NCBI GenBank assembly: GCA_963716745.1
Contig: OY970320.1
Coordinates: 224,001-288,000, forward strand
Source: an uncultured Gemmatimonadaceae bacterium
Lineage (GTDB): Bacteria > Gemmatimonadota > Gemmatimonadetes > Gemmatimonadales > Gemmatimonadaceae
Length of the DNA: 64,000 nucleotides
Reading direction: 5' to 3'
A program made the translations under genes and the position numbers. The notes beneath the pieces are model-generated. The model had not been told where the DNA came from, made no database searches, and saw only the letters and a program-made list of their open reading frames with translations. The first letter of the stretch is position 1, and each line of letters starts with the position of its first letter. Shown piece by piece: positions 26,673 to 36,973 of this stretch.

Positions 26673-27739
26673 CGGCACCGGCACCGAGCACCGGCGGCCC
26701 TCGGGCCGCCGGTGACGCATCGCCGTCGCTCACCGCGGCGGAGATCGCGCAGCGCGTGGGCGGCACGCTGCGCGGCGACGGCGCCATCGTCGTCCGCGCG
26801 GTCGCGCCGCTGCGCCGCGCCACGGCGGGCGAACTGAGTTTCCTCGGCAGCGCATCGTACGTGGAAGAATTCAAGATGTCCGCGGCCGGCATCGTGCTCA
26901 TCTCGCCGGAGCTGGCGGCGTCGGCGGGGCCGTCCTGCCGCATCGTGGTGGACCGCCCGCACGAGGCCATGCTCAAGGTGCTTCCCGCGCTGTACGCGGC
27001 GCCCACGGCGCCGCCGGGAGTGCATCCGACCGCGATCATCGGGCGCGGCGCGCGGCTCGGCCGCGAGATCTCCGTGGGTCCGTATTCTGTGATCGGCGAC
27101 GGCGCCGAGCTCGGCGACCGCGTCGTGATCGGCGCGCACTGCGACATCGGCCGCGGTGTCCGCGTTGGCGACGATAGTCATCTCGTCTCGTCCGTGACGC
27201 TCTATCCCGGCACGACCGTCGGCCAGCGCGTGCGCCTGCACGCGGGCGTGCGGGTGGGCAGCGATGGTTTCGGCTACGTGTATGCGGGCGGGGCGCACCA
27301 GAAGATCCCGCACGTCGGACGCTGCCTCATCGAGGACGACGTCGAGATCGGCGCGAACAGCGCGATCGATCGCGGCAGCATCGACGATACCGTGATCGGC
27401 GCCGGCACGAAGATCGACAACCTCGTGCACATCGCGCACAACGTGCGGCTCGGGCGGCTGTGCCTGATCGCGGCGCAGGTGGGGATCTCCGGATCCACCG
27501 TCGTGGGCGACGGCGCGGTGCTCGGCGGTCAGGTGGGCGTCGGCGGACACCTCACGATCGGCTCGCAAGCGAAGATCGCGGGGCAGGCCGGCGTCTCGAG
27601 CGACGTGCCGGCGGGCGAGACATGGTCGGGCACGCTCGCGCGCCCGCATCGCGAGACGCTCGTGGCGCAGGCGGCGCTCGGCCGGCTGGCGCGCATTGTG
27701 AAGGAACTCGAGCGGCTCGCGGGCCGCCGGCCATCGTGA
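26669..27739 (+). CDS. lpxD: UDP-3-O-acylglucosamine N-acyltransferase
   Basis: Hexapeptide repeats, [18 protein letters not shown]. Confidence 0.95.
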   Translation: MTAPAPSTGGPRAAGDASPSLTAAEIAQRVGGTLRGDGAIVVRAVAPLRRATAGELSFLGSASYVEEFKMSAAGIVLISPELAASAGPSCRIVVDRPHEAMLKVLPALYAAPTAPPGVHPTAIIGRGARLGREISVGPYSVIGDGAELGDRVVIGAHCDIGRGVRVGDDSHLVSSVTLYPGTTVGQRVRLHAGVRVGSDGFGYVYAGGAHQKIPHVGRCLIEDDVEIGANSAIDRGSIDDTVIGAGTKIDNLVHIAHNVRLGRLCLIAAQVGISGSTVVGDGAVLGGQVGVGGHLTIGSQAKIAGQAGVSSDVPAGETWSGTLARPHRETLVAQAALGRLARIVKELERLAGRRPS

Positions 27740-29013
27740 GCGCCGCCGCGCGCCGCCGCACCATCGCAGGCAGCGCGACACTCGAAGGGATCGGACTCCA
27801 TCTGGGCCAGCAGTGCCGCCTGACGTTCAAACCCGGCGCGGCGGGGCGGGGCATCATCTTCCGCCGCGTGGATCTCGAGGGTGCGCCCGAGGTGCCGGCG
27901 CGCATCGACCAGGCCGTGCAGGTCGCGCGCCGCACGCAGATCGGCGAGGGCGATCGCGCGCTCCACACGGTGGAACACGTACTCGCCGCGGTGGCCGCGC
28001 ACGAGATCGACGATGTGCTCATCGAGCTCGATGCCTCGGAACCCCCGATCCTCGACGGCAGTGCGCGCCCGTTCTTCGACGCGCTTGCGGCCGCGGGGAT
28101 TGCCGAGGGCGATGGCAAGGTGCAGTATCTTCGCGTGCGGTCGCCGGTGGTCGTTACCGATGGCGAGTCGCGGTACGAGGCGCATCCCGCGGAGAATTTC
28201 TCGCTCGACGTGACGATCGAATTCCCGCACCCGATCATTGGGCGGCAGGAGTTCTCCCTCGAAGTCACCGAAGCGAATTTCGCGCGTGAGCTCGCGGCGG
28301 CGCGCACGTTCGGCTTCGTGCATGAGGTGGACGCGTTGCGCCAGATGGGCCTGATCCAGGGAGCGTCGACGCAGAATTCGGTGGTGCTCGACGCCGCGGG
28401 ACCGGTGGAGACGACGCTGCGCTGGGCGGACGAGTTCGTGCGACACAAGGCGATGGATTGTGTGGGCGATCTGGCGCTGGCGGGCATGCGCATCCGCGCA
28501 CGCGTCGTCGCGCATAAGCCGAGCCACCGCGGCACGGTGGCGCTGGTGCGGGAGTTGGTGAACCTCGCCGCAAAGGAGACGAGGATGCTTGGCATCGAAG
28601 AGATCATGAAAGTGCTGCCCCACCGCTATCCGTTCCTGCTCGTGGACCGGATCCTCGAGCTGGATGCGAAGCACGTGGTGGGCATCAAGAACGTGACGAT
28701 CAACGAGCCCTTCTTCCAAGGGCATTTCCCGGGGCATCCCATCATGCCCGGCGTGTTGATCATCGAGGCGATGGCGCAGGTGGGCGGCGTGCTGCTCATG
28801 GGCACCGTGGCCGATCCGCAGAGCAAGGTGGTGTACTTCACCTCGCTCGACAACGTGCGGTGGCGCCGGCCGGTGAAGCCGGGCGACCAACTACGATTCG
28901 AGGTGGAATTGCTCCAGATCCGCGCCCGGATCGCGCGCGTGCACGGGATCGCGAAGGTGGAGGGCGAGACCGTGTGCGAGGCCGACATGAGCGCGATGGT
29001 GATGGACCGATGA
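27736..29013 (+). CDS. lpxC-fabZ: Bifunctional LpxC/FabZ
   Basis: [15 protein letters not shown] and RHKAMD followed in frame by [11 protein letters not shown] and [15 protein letters not shown]. Confidence 0.95.
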   Translation: MSAAARRRTIAGSATLEGIGLHLGQQCRLTFKPGAAGRGIIFRRVDLEGAPEVPARIDQAVQVARRTQIGEGDRALHTVEHVLAAVAAHEIDDVLIELDASEPPILDGSARPFFDALAAAGIAEGDGKVQYLRVRSPVVVTDGESRYEAHPAENFSLDVTIEFPHPIIGRQEFSLEVTEANFARELAAARTFGFVHEVDALRQMGLIQGASTQNSVVLDAAGPVETTLRWADEFVRHKAMDCVGDLALAGMRIRARVVAHKPSHRGTVALVRELVNLAAKETRMLGIEEIMKVLPHRYPFLLVDRILELDAKHVVGIKNVTINEPFFQGHFPGHPIMPGVLIIEAMAQVGGVLLMGTVADPQSKVVYFTSLDNVRWRRPVKPGDQLRFEVELLQIRARIARVHGIAKVEGETVCEADMSAMVMDR

Positions 29014-29786
29014 AGTCGAACATCCACCCGACCGCCATCGTCGACAAGAACGCACAACTAGCCGACGGGGTGGAGGTCGGTGCGTTCGCGATCATCGGGC
29101 CGCATTGCGTGGTGGGTGAGGGGTGCGTGATCGCGCCACGGGCGTCGCTCGAGCGCTATGTGACGCTGGGAGCCAACGTGAGAGTGGGTTCGAGCTCGAT
29201 CCTCGGCGGGGATCCGCAGGATCTCAAGTACAAGGGCGAGCCGACCACCGTCGAGATCGGCGAGAACACCGTGATCCGCGAGTTCGCGACCATCAATCGT
29301 GGGACCACCGAGAGCATGAAGACCACCGTTGGCAAGAACTGCTTCATCATGACGTACGTGCATCTCGCGCACGACTGCCATGTGGGCGACAACGTGATCA
29401 TCTCCAACGGCAGCCAGTTCGCCGGTCATATCACGATCGAGGAGCGCTGCATCATCTCGGGGCTCGTGGCCGTGCATCAGTTCGTGAAGATCGGCGCGTA
29501 CAGTTTCATCGGCGGCCATTCGCGCGTGCCGAAGGACGTGCCGCCATACCTCAAGGCGGTCGGCAACCCGATCAAGCTGTACGGATTGAACAGCGTGGGC
29601 CTCCAGCGGAACAATTTCAGCCCCGACGTCGTGCATGAGCTCAAGCGCGCGTACCGGCTGTTCTTCCGCTCAGAGCTGAACGTGACGCAGGCGATGGAGC
29701 GCGCCGAGCACGAGTTGCAGCTGTTCCCGGAGGTGAAGCATTTCCTCGAGTTCGTGGGCGCGAGCGGACGTGGAGTGGTGATGTGA
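29010..29786 (+). CDS. lpxA: UDP-N-acetylglucosamine O-acyltransferase
   Basis: [34 protein letters not shown]. Confidence 0.96.
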   Translation: MKSNIHPTAIVDKNAQLADGVEVGAFAIIGPHCVVGEGCVIAPRASLERYVTLGANVRVGSSSILGGDPQDLKYKGEPTTVEIGENTVIREFATINRGTTESMKTTVGKNCFIMTYVHLAHDCHVGDNVIISNGSQFAGHITIEERCIISGLVAVHQFVKIGAYSFIGGHSRVPKDVPPYLKAVGNPIKLYGLNSVGLQRNNFSPDVVHELKRAYRLFFRSELNVTQAMERAEHELQLFPEVKHFLEFVGASGRGVVM

Positions 29787-30787
29787 GCGGGAAGCTGAGA
29801 GTCGGCGTCATCGGAGCGGGCGGGCTCGGATATCACCATGTGCGGTTGTTCCGCGACATCAAGGGCGCGGAGCTCGTCGGATTCCATGACGCGCGCGCCG
29901 AACGGTCGGCGCAGGTGGCGAAGGAGCTCGGTGTGCGCGCCTTCGATTCACTCGACGCACTGATCGCGGCATCCGACGCCGTGACGGTGGTCGTGCCCAC
30001 GCCGGCGCATCACGCGGTGACGATGCGCGCGCTCGCGGCGGGCAAGCACGTGCTGATCGAGAAGCCGATCGCCGCGACGATCGAGGAAGCGGATGAGATG
30101 CTCGCCGCCGCGAAGAAAGCGGGCGTGATCGTGCAGATCGGGCACGTCGAGCGGTTCAATCGCGCGGTGCGCGCCGCGCTCCCGTACCTGGACCACCCGG
30201 GCTTCGTCGAGATCAACCGGCTCGCACCGTTCAATCCGCGCGGTGCCGACGTGCCGGTGGTGCTCGACCTCATGATCCACGACATCGATCTCGTGCACAC
30301 GGTCGTGGGATCCAAGGTGACCGATCTCTCCGCGGCCGGGATCCCCGTGATCACGACCGAAGTGGACATCGCGAACGCGCGGCTCACCTTCGAGAGCGGC
30401 GCCGTGGCGAACATCACCGCGAGCCGCGTCTCGCGCGACCGGTTCCGCAAACTCCGCGTCTTCCAGCGCAGCGGGTACATCTCGCTCGATCTCGGAGACG
30501 GCGATGGCGTGTTCTACCGGATCAAGGGCGGGCTCGATATGGCAACGCTCAAGGCGGCGCCGCGCAAACTCGAGGAATTCATGGAACGCATCGTGCTCAA
30601 GGCGCCCGACGGCGAACCGCTCAAGCTCGAGTTCGAGAGCTTCGTCGCAGCGGTGCGCGGGGAACAGAAGGTGGCGGTGAGCGGCGAAGAGGGACGCGAC
30701 GCGCTCGCCGTGGCGCTCCGCATCGTGAAGGAGATCGAGCGCGGCTTGCCGCGTTGGCTCGCGCCGCCGGCCCCCGGCCGTGCGTGA
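29783..30787 (+). CDS. Gfo/Idh/MocA oxidoreductase (GnnA-like by position)
   Basis: GAGGLG, HVLIEKP, GHVERFN, DLMIHDID; lies between lpxA and lpxB. Confidence 0.88.
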   Translation: MSGKLRVGVIGAGGLGYHHVRLFRDIKGAELVGFHDARAERSAQVAKELGVRAFDSLDALIAASDAVTVVVPTPAHHAVTMRALAAGKHVLIEKPIAATIEEADEMLAAAKKAGVIVQIGHVERFNRAVRAALPYLDHPGFVEINRLAPFNPRGADVPVVLDLMIHDIDLVHTVVGSKVTDLSAAGIPVITTEVDIANARLTFESGAVANITASRVSRDRFRKLRVFQRSGYISLDLGDGDGVFYRIKGGLDMATLKAAPRKLEEFMERIVLKAPDGEPLKLEFESFVAAVRGEQKVAVSGEEGRDALAVALRIVKEIERGLPRWLAPPAPGRA

Positions 30788-31895
30788 GGTGCTGTTCGTC
30801 GCCGGTGAGCCGTCCGGCGACCTGCATGGCGCCGGCGTGGCCGCCGAATTGCGCCGCCGCGCTCCCGATCTGCCGCTCGGCGGCATTGGCGGCGCGCGCA
30901 TGGAGGCCGCCGGTGTCGCGCTCATCGAGCACACCGACCGCTTGGCGGTGATGGGCTTCCTCGAAGTGCTCGCGCACATCCCGAAGCATTGGAAGCTGCT
31001 CGCGGAGATCAAGGCCAAGCTGCGCTCGGGGAGGATCGGCCTCGTGATCCTGCTCGACTATCCCGGATTCAACATGAAAGTGGCCGCGGCCGCGAAAGAG
31101 GCGGGCGTGCCCGTGCTCTACTACATCACGCCGCAAGTATGGGCGTGGGGCGCGAAGCGCCTCACGGAGCTGTCGTACACGATCACACGTGCCGCGTGCA
31201 TCTTGCCGTTCGAGGAAGAGATGCTGCGAAAGGCCGGCATCGACGCGACGTTCGTGAGCCACCCGCTGCTCGATCGCGCGTCGGCGCTGCCGAGCCGCGA
31301 CGAGGCGCGCCGGACGCTCGGGCTCGAGGGGGACGCGCCGGTGCTCGCGCTCTTCCCGGGGAGCCGCAAGAGCGAGATCGCGCGGCATCTCGGGATCTTC
31401 GTCGCGACGGCGCAGGAGCTCCAGCGCCGCACGCCGGGACTGCGCGTGATCGTGAGCGTCGCGCCCGGGATCACGCTGCCGGAGGCCGAGTGTCCCTTCC
31501 AGCAGGTGCACGCGAGCTCGTTCACCGTGTGGCGCGCGGCCGACGCGGCGCTGTCGAAGAGCGGCACGTCGACGCTCGAAGCGGCGGTGGCCGGATGTCC
31601 GCTCGTCGTCGCGTACAAGACGAGCGCCGTGACGTACGCGATCGCGCGGCGCGTCGTGTTCATTCCGCTCATCGGGTTGGTGAACGTCGTCGCGGGCCGG
31701 CAGGTGGCGCCCGAGTTCGTGCAGCACGACGCGCAGCCGGACGCCATGGCGAACGCGCTCGTGCCGCTGCTGGATCGCACGAGTGCAGAACGCGCGGCCA
31801 TGGTGCGCGGACTGGACGAAGTACGCGCGAAGCTCGGCACGCCAGGCGCGGCGGCACGCGTCGGGACCATCGCGCTCGAAATGGTCCTGCCGTGA
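30780..31895 (+). CDS. lpxB: Lipid A disaccharide synthase
   Basis: VAGEPSGD, DYPGFN, PQVWAW, PGSRKSE, SGTSTLE. Confidence 0.95.
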   Translation: MREVLFVAGEPSGDLHGAGVAAELRRRAPDLPLGGIGGARMEAAGVALIEHTDRLAVMGFLEVLAHIPKHWKLLAEIKAKLRSGRIGLVILLDYPGFNMKVAAAAKEAGVPVLYYITPQVWAWGAKRLTELSYTITRAACILPFEEEMLRKAGIDATFVSHPLLDRASALPSRDEARRTLGLEGDAPVLALFPGSRKSEIARHLGIFVATAQELQRRTPGLRVIVSVAPGITLPEAECPFQQVHASSFTVWRAADAALSKSGTSTLEAAVAGCPLVVAYKTSAVTYAIARRVVFIPLIGLVNVVAGRQVAPEFVQHDAQPDAMANALVPLLDRTSAERAAMVRGLDEVRAKLGTPGAAARVGTIALEMVLP

Positions 31896-32554
31896 GCGAG
31901 GAGACCGATGCGCGCCGAGCGCGGCGTGCTCGGCGGGACCGGTGGGTCGCGCGGGTGGGGGCCGTGCTGCTGCGGTTGCTCGCGACCACGTGGCGCCTGC
32001 GGTACGTGAATCGCGCGCCGGCGCTCGAACTGACGGCGCGCGGGCGCTCGTTCATCTACGCATTCTGGCACGGGGAGCAGTTGAGCCTGCTGTGGGCCTT
32101 CCGCAAGACGGGCACGGCGATCCTGATCAGCGAGCACGGAGACGGCGAGATCGTGGCGCGCGCCGCGATCTCGCTCGGGTACAACACGGTGCGCGGCTCG
32201 TCGTCGCGCAGCGCCGACCGCGCGCTGCTGCAACTCAGCCGCGAGCTGGAATCGGGGCGCGACATTGCCGTCACGCCCGACGGCCCGCGGGGACCTCGCC
32301 ACAGCTTCGCGCCCGGCGCACTCATCGCGGCACATCGCGCCGGCGCGCCACTCGTCCCGCTGCGGTCCTTCGCGAGCCGTGCGTGGCGTCTCAAGAGCTG
32401 GGATCAGTTCGAGATCCCCAAGCCCTTCGCGCGCGTCACGGTGGTGATGGGCGATCCCGTGTTCGTGCAAGCGCCGAGCGCGCGCGACGCGGCCGCACAG
32501 ACCGACAAGTTCGCCGCGCTCATCTCCTCGCTCGAACTGCCGTCGAATGGCTGA
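31892..32554 (+). CDS. DUF374 acyltransferase (LpxJ-like)
   Basis: FWHG, SEHGDGE, VRGSS, TPDGPRGP, SWDQFEIPKPF. Confidence 0.85.
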   Translation: MSEETDARRARRARRDRWVARVGAVLLRLLATTWRLRYVNRAPALELTARGRSFIYAFWHGEQLSLLWAFRKTGTAILISEHGDGEIVARAAISLGYNTVRGSSSRSADRALLQLSRELESGRDIAVTPDGPRGPRHSFAPGALIAAHRAGAPLVPLRSFASRAWRLKSWDQFEIPKPFARVTVVMGDPVFVQAPSARDAAAQTDKFAALISSLELPSNG

Positions 32555-33581
32555 GCGGGGGATGAGCGGGCGGATCTGGTACGGGGAATCGCTCGGAGAC
32601 CGCGTTGCGCGTCTCGCGCTCTCGCCGTTCGCGGCGCTGTACTCGCTCGGCGCCGCGGGGCGGTCGGCGCTCTATGACGCAGGCATTCTCACGGCCCACT
32701 CGGGCGCGATCCCCGCCGTGAGCGTCGGGAACCTCACCGTGGGCGGCACGGGGAAGACGCCGTTCGCCGCGTGGCTCGCCGCGCAGCTTCACTCGCGCGG
32801 CGCGCATCCGGCCACCGTGCTGCGCGGATACGGCGACGACGAGCCGTTGGTGCATCGGCTCTTGAATCCCGCCGTTCCGGTGATCGTCACCCCGGATCGC
32901 GTGGCCGGGATCGTGAGCGCCACGCGGGCGGGCGCCGACATCGTGGTGTTGGACGATGCGTTCCAGCACCGGCGCGCCGCGCGCGCCGCGGACGTCGTGC
33001 TCGTGAGCGCCGACCGCTGGCCGGATCGCCCGCGGAGCCTGCCCGCCGGTCCGTTCCGCGAGCCGCTCTCCGCACTACGGCGTGCGACGTTGGTGGTCAT
33101 CACCGCCAAGGCCGCGGGGGCCGACGCCATCGCGCGGGTGCGGTCGGCGGTGCGCGCCTCCGCACCGGGCATTCCGGTCGCGGTAGCTCGCCTCGCACTC
33201 GCGGAGCTGCGCGGACCCGAGGGGAGCACCGCGAAGCCACTCGCCTCCCTGCGCGGGGCCAATGTGTGCGCGATCTCGGCCGTGGGTGACCCCGGCGCAT
33301 TCCGCGCGCAGCTCGAATCAGCCGGGGCGGTGGTGCGTGCGATCGAATTCCCGGACCATCACGCGTTCACAGCGGAAGAAGCCGGCGGCATTTCGGCTGC
33401 GCTCGCGCCCCGCGAGACCCCCGTGTGCACGCTCAAGGACTACGTGAAGCTCGCGGCGCTCTGGCCTCGCCAAGCGACGCCGTTGTGGTATGTTTCACAG
33501 CGATTGACCATGGAGGAGAACGCCGGCGCGATCGATGCGCTCGTCGATCAGCTCCTTCGCGTTCGTTCGACCCCAGCCTGA
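32547..33581 (+). CDS. lpxK: Tetraacyldisaccharide 4'-kinase
   Basis: SVGNLTVGGTGKTP, RGYG, LDDAFQH, FPDHH, TLKD. Confidence 0.93.
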   Translation: MAERGMSGRIWYGESLGDRVARLALSPFAALYSLGAAGRSALYDAGILTAHSGAIPAVSVGNLTVGGTGKTPFAAWLAAQLHSRGAHPATVLRGYGDDEPLVHRLLNPAVPVIVTPDRVAGIVSATRAGADIVVLDDAFQHRRAARAADVVLVSADRWPDRPRSLPAGPFREPLSALRRATLVVITAKAAGADAIARVRSAVRASAPGIPVAVARLALAELRGPEGSTAKPLASLRGANVCAISAVGDPGAFRAQLESAGAVVRAIEFPDHHAFTAEEAGGISAALAPRETPVCTLKDYVKLAALWPRQATPLWYVSQRLTMEENAGAIDALVDQLLRVRSTPA

Positions 33582-33596
33582 CCCTTCCTCGCGATC

Positions 33597-34901
33597 ATGA
33601 CCGACCTGCGACGACCGACCTCCGAATTCGTACGTCCCGACAAGGACCGGTTCCTCGGTGAGATCAACCCGTACGAGGAGATGCTGTCGCGGCTGCGCCG
33701 CGCCGCGGATCTCCTGAAGCTGGAGGACGGGCTCTTCAAGGTGCTGAGCAATTGCGAGAAGCAGATCACCGTGTCGCTGCCGGTGGTGATGGACAACAAC
33801 TCCGTCGAGGTCTTCACCGGCTACCGCGTGCTCCACAACACGTCGCGCGGACCCGCGAAGGGCGGCATCCGCTTCGACATGCAGGTGAACATCGACGAAG
33901 TGAAGGCCCTCGCCGCGTGGATGACCTGGAAGTGCGCCGTCGTGAACATCCCGTTCGGCGGCGCCAAGGGCGGCGTGATCTGCGATCCGCTCAAGATGAG
34001 CCTGGGCGAGCTCGAACGCCTCACGCGCCGCTACACGGCCGGCATCATCGCGACCCTCGGCCCCGATTCCGACGTGCCGGCTCCCGACGTGAACACCAAC
34101 GAGCGCGTCATGGCGTGGGTGATGGACACCTACTCGATGCATGTGGGGCACACGGTCACGGCGGTCGTCACCGGCAAGCCGGTGGAACTCGGCGGCTCGC
34201 TCGGCCGGCGCGAGGCGACGGGGCGCGGCTGCATGTTCGTCACGAAGCAGGCGCTCGCGCACCTGGGCATGACGGTGAAGGGCACGACCGTCGCCGTGCA
34301 GGGATTCGGCAACGTCGGCTCGGTCACCGCCGATCTGCTCCAGCGCGAAGGCTGCACGATCGTCGCCATCGGCGACCGGTCGGGCGCGCATCACGATCCG
34401 AAGGGGATCGATGTGAAGGCCGCGATCAAGCACTACGCCGAGCACAAGTCGCTCGACTCGTTCAAGGCGGGCAAGCGGATCAGCAACGACGAGCTGCTCA
34501 CGCTCGGCGTGGACGTGCTCGTCCCGGCCGCGCTGGAGAACGTGATCACGGGCGCGAACGCGAAGAACATCCAGGCGAAGATCATCTGCGAGGGCGCGAA
34601 CGGCCCCACCACGTCCGACGCCGAGGAGATCCTCGACCAGAAGGGCGTGTTCGTGATCCCGGACATCCTCGCGAACGCGGGCGGCGTGACCGTCTCGTAT
34701 TTCGAATGGGTGCAGGATCGCGGCGGCTACTTCTGGGATGAGGAGACCGTGAACCGCCGGCTCGAGACGATCATGGTGCACAGCTTCGGCGACGTGCTGG
34801 CGCTCTCCAAGGAGCACAAGGTGAACATGCGGACGGCCGCGTACATGCTCGCGGTGTCGCGCGTGGCGAACGTGCACCGGCTCCGCGGCATCTTCGCGTG
34901 A
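33597..34901 (+). CDS. gdhA: Glu/Leu/Phe/Val dehydrogenase (likely glutamate dehydrogenase)
   Basis: [47 protein letters not shown]. Confidence 0.92.
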   Translation: MTDLRRPTSEFVRPDKDRFLGEINPYEEMLSRLRRAADLLKLEDGLFKVLSNCEKQITVSLPVVMDNNSVEVFTGYRVLHNTSRGPAKGGIRFDMQVNIDEVKALAAWMTWKCAVVNIPFGGAKGGVICDPLKMSLGELERLTRRYTAGIIATLGPDSDVPAPDVNTNERVMAWVMDTYSMHVGHTVTAVVTGKPVELGGSLGRREATGRGCMFVTKQALAHLGMTVKGTTVAVQGFGNVGSVTADLLQREGCTIVAIGDRSGAHHDPKGIDVKAAIKHYAEHKSLDSFKAGKRISNDELLTLGVDVLVPAALENVITGANAKNIQAKIICEGANGPTTSDAEEILDQKGVFVIPDILANAGGVTVSYFEWVQDRGGYFWDEETVNRRLETIMVHSFGDVLALSKEHKVNMRTAAYMLAVSRVANVHRLRGIFA

Positions 34902-34920
34902 CGGCAGTGGTGGCCGGTGG

Positions 34921-35388
34921 ATGAAGGTGCTCGTCGCGTCGGTGGGAGCACCGCGCGACGCGGCGCTCGCGTCGGCGATCCACGACTACGAGACTCGGGC
35001 GGCCCGCTACTGGCCGCTCGAAGTGCGCGAGGCGCGAGCGGAGCCGGGCCGCGGCGCATCACCTGCCTCGATCAGCGCCAAGGAAGGAGAGCGGCTGCTC
35101 GCGCTGGTGCCGTCCGGCGCCCTCGTGGTGGCGTGCGATGCCGGCGGCCGCACGATGACGTCCGAGGAATTCGCGGCGTGGCTGCAGCGCGAGCGGGAGA
35201 CGGCGGCGCACGATGTCGCGTTCATGATCGGCGGCGCGTTCGGTCTCTCCGAGCCGGTGAAGAGAGCGGCGCGCCGAACCCTGTCGCTCGCGCCATGGAC
35301 GTTGCCGCACGAATTGGCGCGACTCGTGCTCGCCGAGCAGTTGTATCGCGCCGGCACGATCCGGCGCGGCGAGCCGTACCACAAGTGA
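34921..35388 (+). CDS. rlmH: 23S rRNA pseudouridine-1915 methyltransferase
   Basis: IGGAFG, TLPHELAR, EQLYRA..I..GEPYHK. Confidence 0.94.
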   Translation: MKVLVASVGAPRDAALASAIHDYETRAARYWPLEVREARAEPGRGASPASISAKEGERLLALVPSGALVVACDAGGRTMTSEEFAAWLQRERETAAHDVAFMIGGAFGLSEPVKRAARRTLSLAPWTLPHELARLVLAEQLYRAGTIRRGEPYHK

Positions 35389-35410
35389 TCCGCATGACGC
35401 GGAGTGCCTC

Positions 35411-36973
35411 GTGAGCGAGCCGCGCGTGCTGTCGCGCCCGCTCGGAGCCTCGCGCCTCGCCGCCGCCGCGATGGACGGCGCGCTCGATGACTCGTGGTTC
35501 CCGCCGGCGCCCGCCGATGCCGCTGCCTGGGCCGCGCTCGCGGGATCGCGGCGCGCGGCGTTCGCCGCGCACGATTGGCACGCGGCGCTCGCGCCGGCGT
35601 TCAGCGCCTCGGGACTCGCGGCCGAGCGGCTCGCGCGAAGCGCCGGCGGACGCGGCATCGTCGTCACCACGGGCCAGCAGCCGGGACTCTTCGGCGGCCC
35701 GATGTACACCTGGAGCAAGGCGCTCAGCACGCTCGCGCTGGCCGATGCGCTCGAGCGCGCCACGAACATCCCGGTGGCGCCGGTCTTCTGGGCGGCCACG
35801 TACGACTCGGATCTCGCCGAAGCGTCCGTTACGTATGTGGCGCGCGATGGCGACGTGGAGCGGCTCGCGATGACGCCGCCCGCCGTGACCGACCGCCGCA
35901 TGTACGACACGCCGCTCGGCGACGTGCGACTCCTGGCGGCGATGCTCGAGCGCGCGTCCGGCGCGGCGGTGGACCGGACCGTGCTCGATGCCATGCGCAA
36001 GGCGTACGATCCGTCGCATACGATCGGCAGCGCGTTCGTCGCGCTGCTCCGCGGCGTGCTCGAGCCGCTCGGCATCGCGGTGCTCGATGCGGGTCACCCG
36101 GCCGTGACCGCGGCGGGGCGTTCATGCGCGAGCGCGGCACTCGCGGCCGCGCCCGCGATCGACGCGGCGCTGCGGGCGCGTGAGGGAGAACTGCGCGCGG
36201 CGGGATTCGAGCCCAAGGTCCCGATAGTGAAAGGACTTTCGCTCGTGTTCGCCGTGCGCGACGGGGTGCGGCGGCGGATCCCGATCGCCGAAGCGGGGGC
36301 GGCATCGGGCGACCTCGAGGCCAACGTGTTGCTCCGGCCGATCGTGGAGCAGGCGATCCTGCCCACCGCGGCGTACGTCGCCGGGCCCGGCGAGATCGCG
36401 TATTTCACGCAGGTGAGCGCTGTCGCGCGCGCGATGAAGTCGCCGCCGGTGATCGCGGTGCCACGCTGGGCGGGCATGATCATCGAGCCGCATGTGACGC
36501 GCATCCTCGCGCGCCACGCACTTTCGCCCGACGATCTCCACGACCCGCACGCGACCGATTCGCGCCTCGCGCGGCGCCAGATGCCGGCCGCGGTGGAAGC
36601 CGCGCTCGCGAATTATCGCGCGTCGCTCGACAGCGCGAACACGGCGCTCGCCGAAGCGGTGCACAGCGAGCGCACGCCGCTCACGCCCGATCCCGTGCTC
36701 GAGGGCGCGCGCCGATCCATCGCGCACCGGCTCGACCGGCTCGAGCGCCGGCTCGTTGCCGCGGTGAAGCATCGCGAGCGCGACCTGATGCACGATCTCG
36801 CGGTCGCCCGCGCCTCGCTCTTCCCGCTCGGGCACGCGCAGGAGCGCGAGCTGAACTTCATCCCGTTCCTCGCGCGCCACGGGGCTCCGCTCCTCGGCGC
36901 AATGCGCGACGCCGCCGAAGTGCACGCGACCGCGCTCGTGGCGCCACGCGCGGCCCCGGCGAACAGGACGTGA
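35411..36973 (+). CDS. bshC: Bacillithiol biosynthesis cysteine-adding enzyme BshC
   Basis: VTTGQQPGLFGGP, PVFWAA..D.D, NVLLRP, YVAGPGEIAYF.Q, QER. Confidence 0.9.
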   Translation: MSEPRVLSRPLGASRLAAAAMDGALDDSWFPPAPADAAAWAALAGSRRAAFAAHDWHAALAPAFSASGLAAERLARSAGGRGIVVTTGQQPGLFGGPMYTWSKALSTLALADALERATNIPVAPVFWAATYDSDLAEASVTYVARDGDVERLAMTPPAVTDRRMYDTPLGDVRLLAAMLERASGAAVDRTVLDAMRKAYDPSHTIGSAFVALLRGVLEPLGIAVLDAGHPAVTAAGRSCASAALAAAPAIDAALRAREGELRAAGFEPKVPIVKGLSLVFAVRDGVRRRIPIAEAGAASGDLEANVLLRPIVEQAILPTAAYVAGPGEIAYFTQVSAVARAMKSPPVIAVPRWAGMIIEPHVTRILARHALSPDDLHDPHATDSRLARRQMPAAVEAALANYRASLDSANTALAEAVHSERTPLTPDPVLEGARRSIAHRLDRLERRLVAAVKHRERDLMHDLAVARASLFPLGHAQERELNFIPFLARHGAPLLGAMRDAAEVHATALVAPRAAPANRT

